This document shows positions 63,527 to 64,000 of a stretch of DNA of 64,000 nucleotides, in pieces; position 1 is the stretch's first letter, and each line of letters begins with the position of its first letter. Source of the DNA: Eledone cirrhosa (lineage: Eukaryota). The DNA is taken from positions 17,484,001-17,548,000 of the forward strand of contig OZ024751.1 in assembly GCA_964016885.1 (NCBI GenBank), written 5' to 3'. The notes under the pieces are model-generated. The model was not told the origin of the DNA. It worked only from the letters and a program-made list of their open reading frames with translations, and did no database searches. The translations under genes and the position numbers were made by a program.

Positions 63527-63527
63527 T
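63264..63527. repeat. (GA)n microsatellite
   Basis: Direct reading. Confidence 0.95.
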
Positions 63528-64000
63528 TAGTGATGATACTTCAGTTATCTATATTCCAGTGGCATCTAATATATCAATATCGAGTTTTAAAACTTGATAC
63601 AATATCGTATTCAACGATTATATGTTTAGCATTTAATATGTGGTGTAAATTTGGAATAAGAAGGGATAAATTATAGAAATATTTGTGATAATTAATATCT
63701 ATCCATATTTACTAAACCTGGTATGATTCATGAATATATTTACTGTCATGTATTTACTCTCATGTGTGGTAATATGTTGGGGAGGTGTTGCACTCCAAAA
63801 TGGAGCTTATTTCCGAAATAATAAAATATCATTGTTTAATCCAGCTGGAGCGCGAATTTTTCTGAAAAATAGAAGTGAGACGCGAAAGAAAAACCTCTGA
63901 CGTAATAGCTAAAGCGGTCGTTACTAGTTATATTGAGACGTGTACAGTGCTCAGGTGTACTACAACACATCAAAAGTGCATGTATAGTTATGAAGGTGTT

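Overview
Eukaryotic, very AT-rich and microsatellite-dense DNA. The (TA)n/(TG)n load and repeat landscape resemble a coleoid cephalopod (Octopus-like) genome, which is an inference. Almost all ORFs in the supplied track are translations of microsatellites. The only host coding sequence I can support is the terminal exon of a class A neuropeptide GPCR (56983-57387, RYamide/luqin/tachykinin-receptor-like). No upstream exon is recognisable, so the first ~57 kb is probably one repeat-filled intron. Mobile elements found: a decayed autonomous Helitron (Rep HUH/Y2 plus PIF1 helicase), two non-autonomous Helitrons, a decayed RTE-type LINE and fragments, four Penelope-like element (PLE) remnants, two tRNA-derived SINE families, and a 2-kb non-coding LTR element with a tRNA-Trp primer site. 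The main hidden signal is about 15 type I hammerhead ribozyme motifs read by eye in PLE terminal repeats and in short fold-back elements beside (TA)n tracts. Four of them, with different stem II sequences, share a non-canonical CCGAUGA core. The LTR element's primer site extends ~36 nt into the tRNA and carries a T at the m1A58 position. All calls are by eye, and no folding or database search was run.
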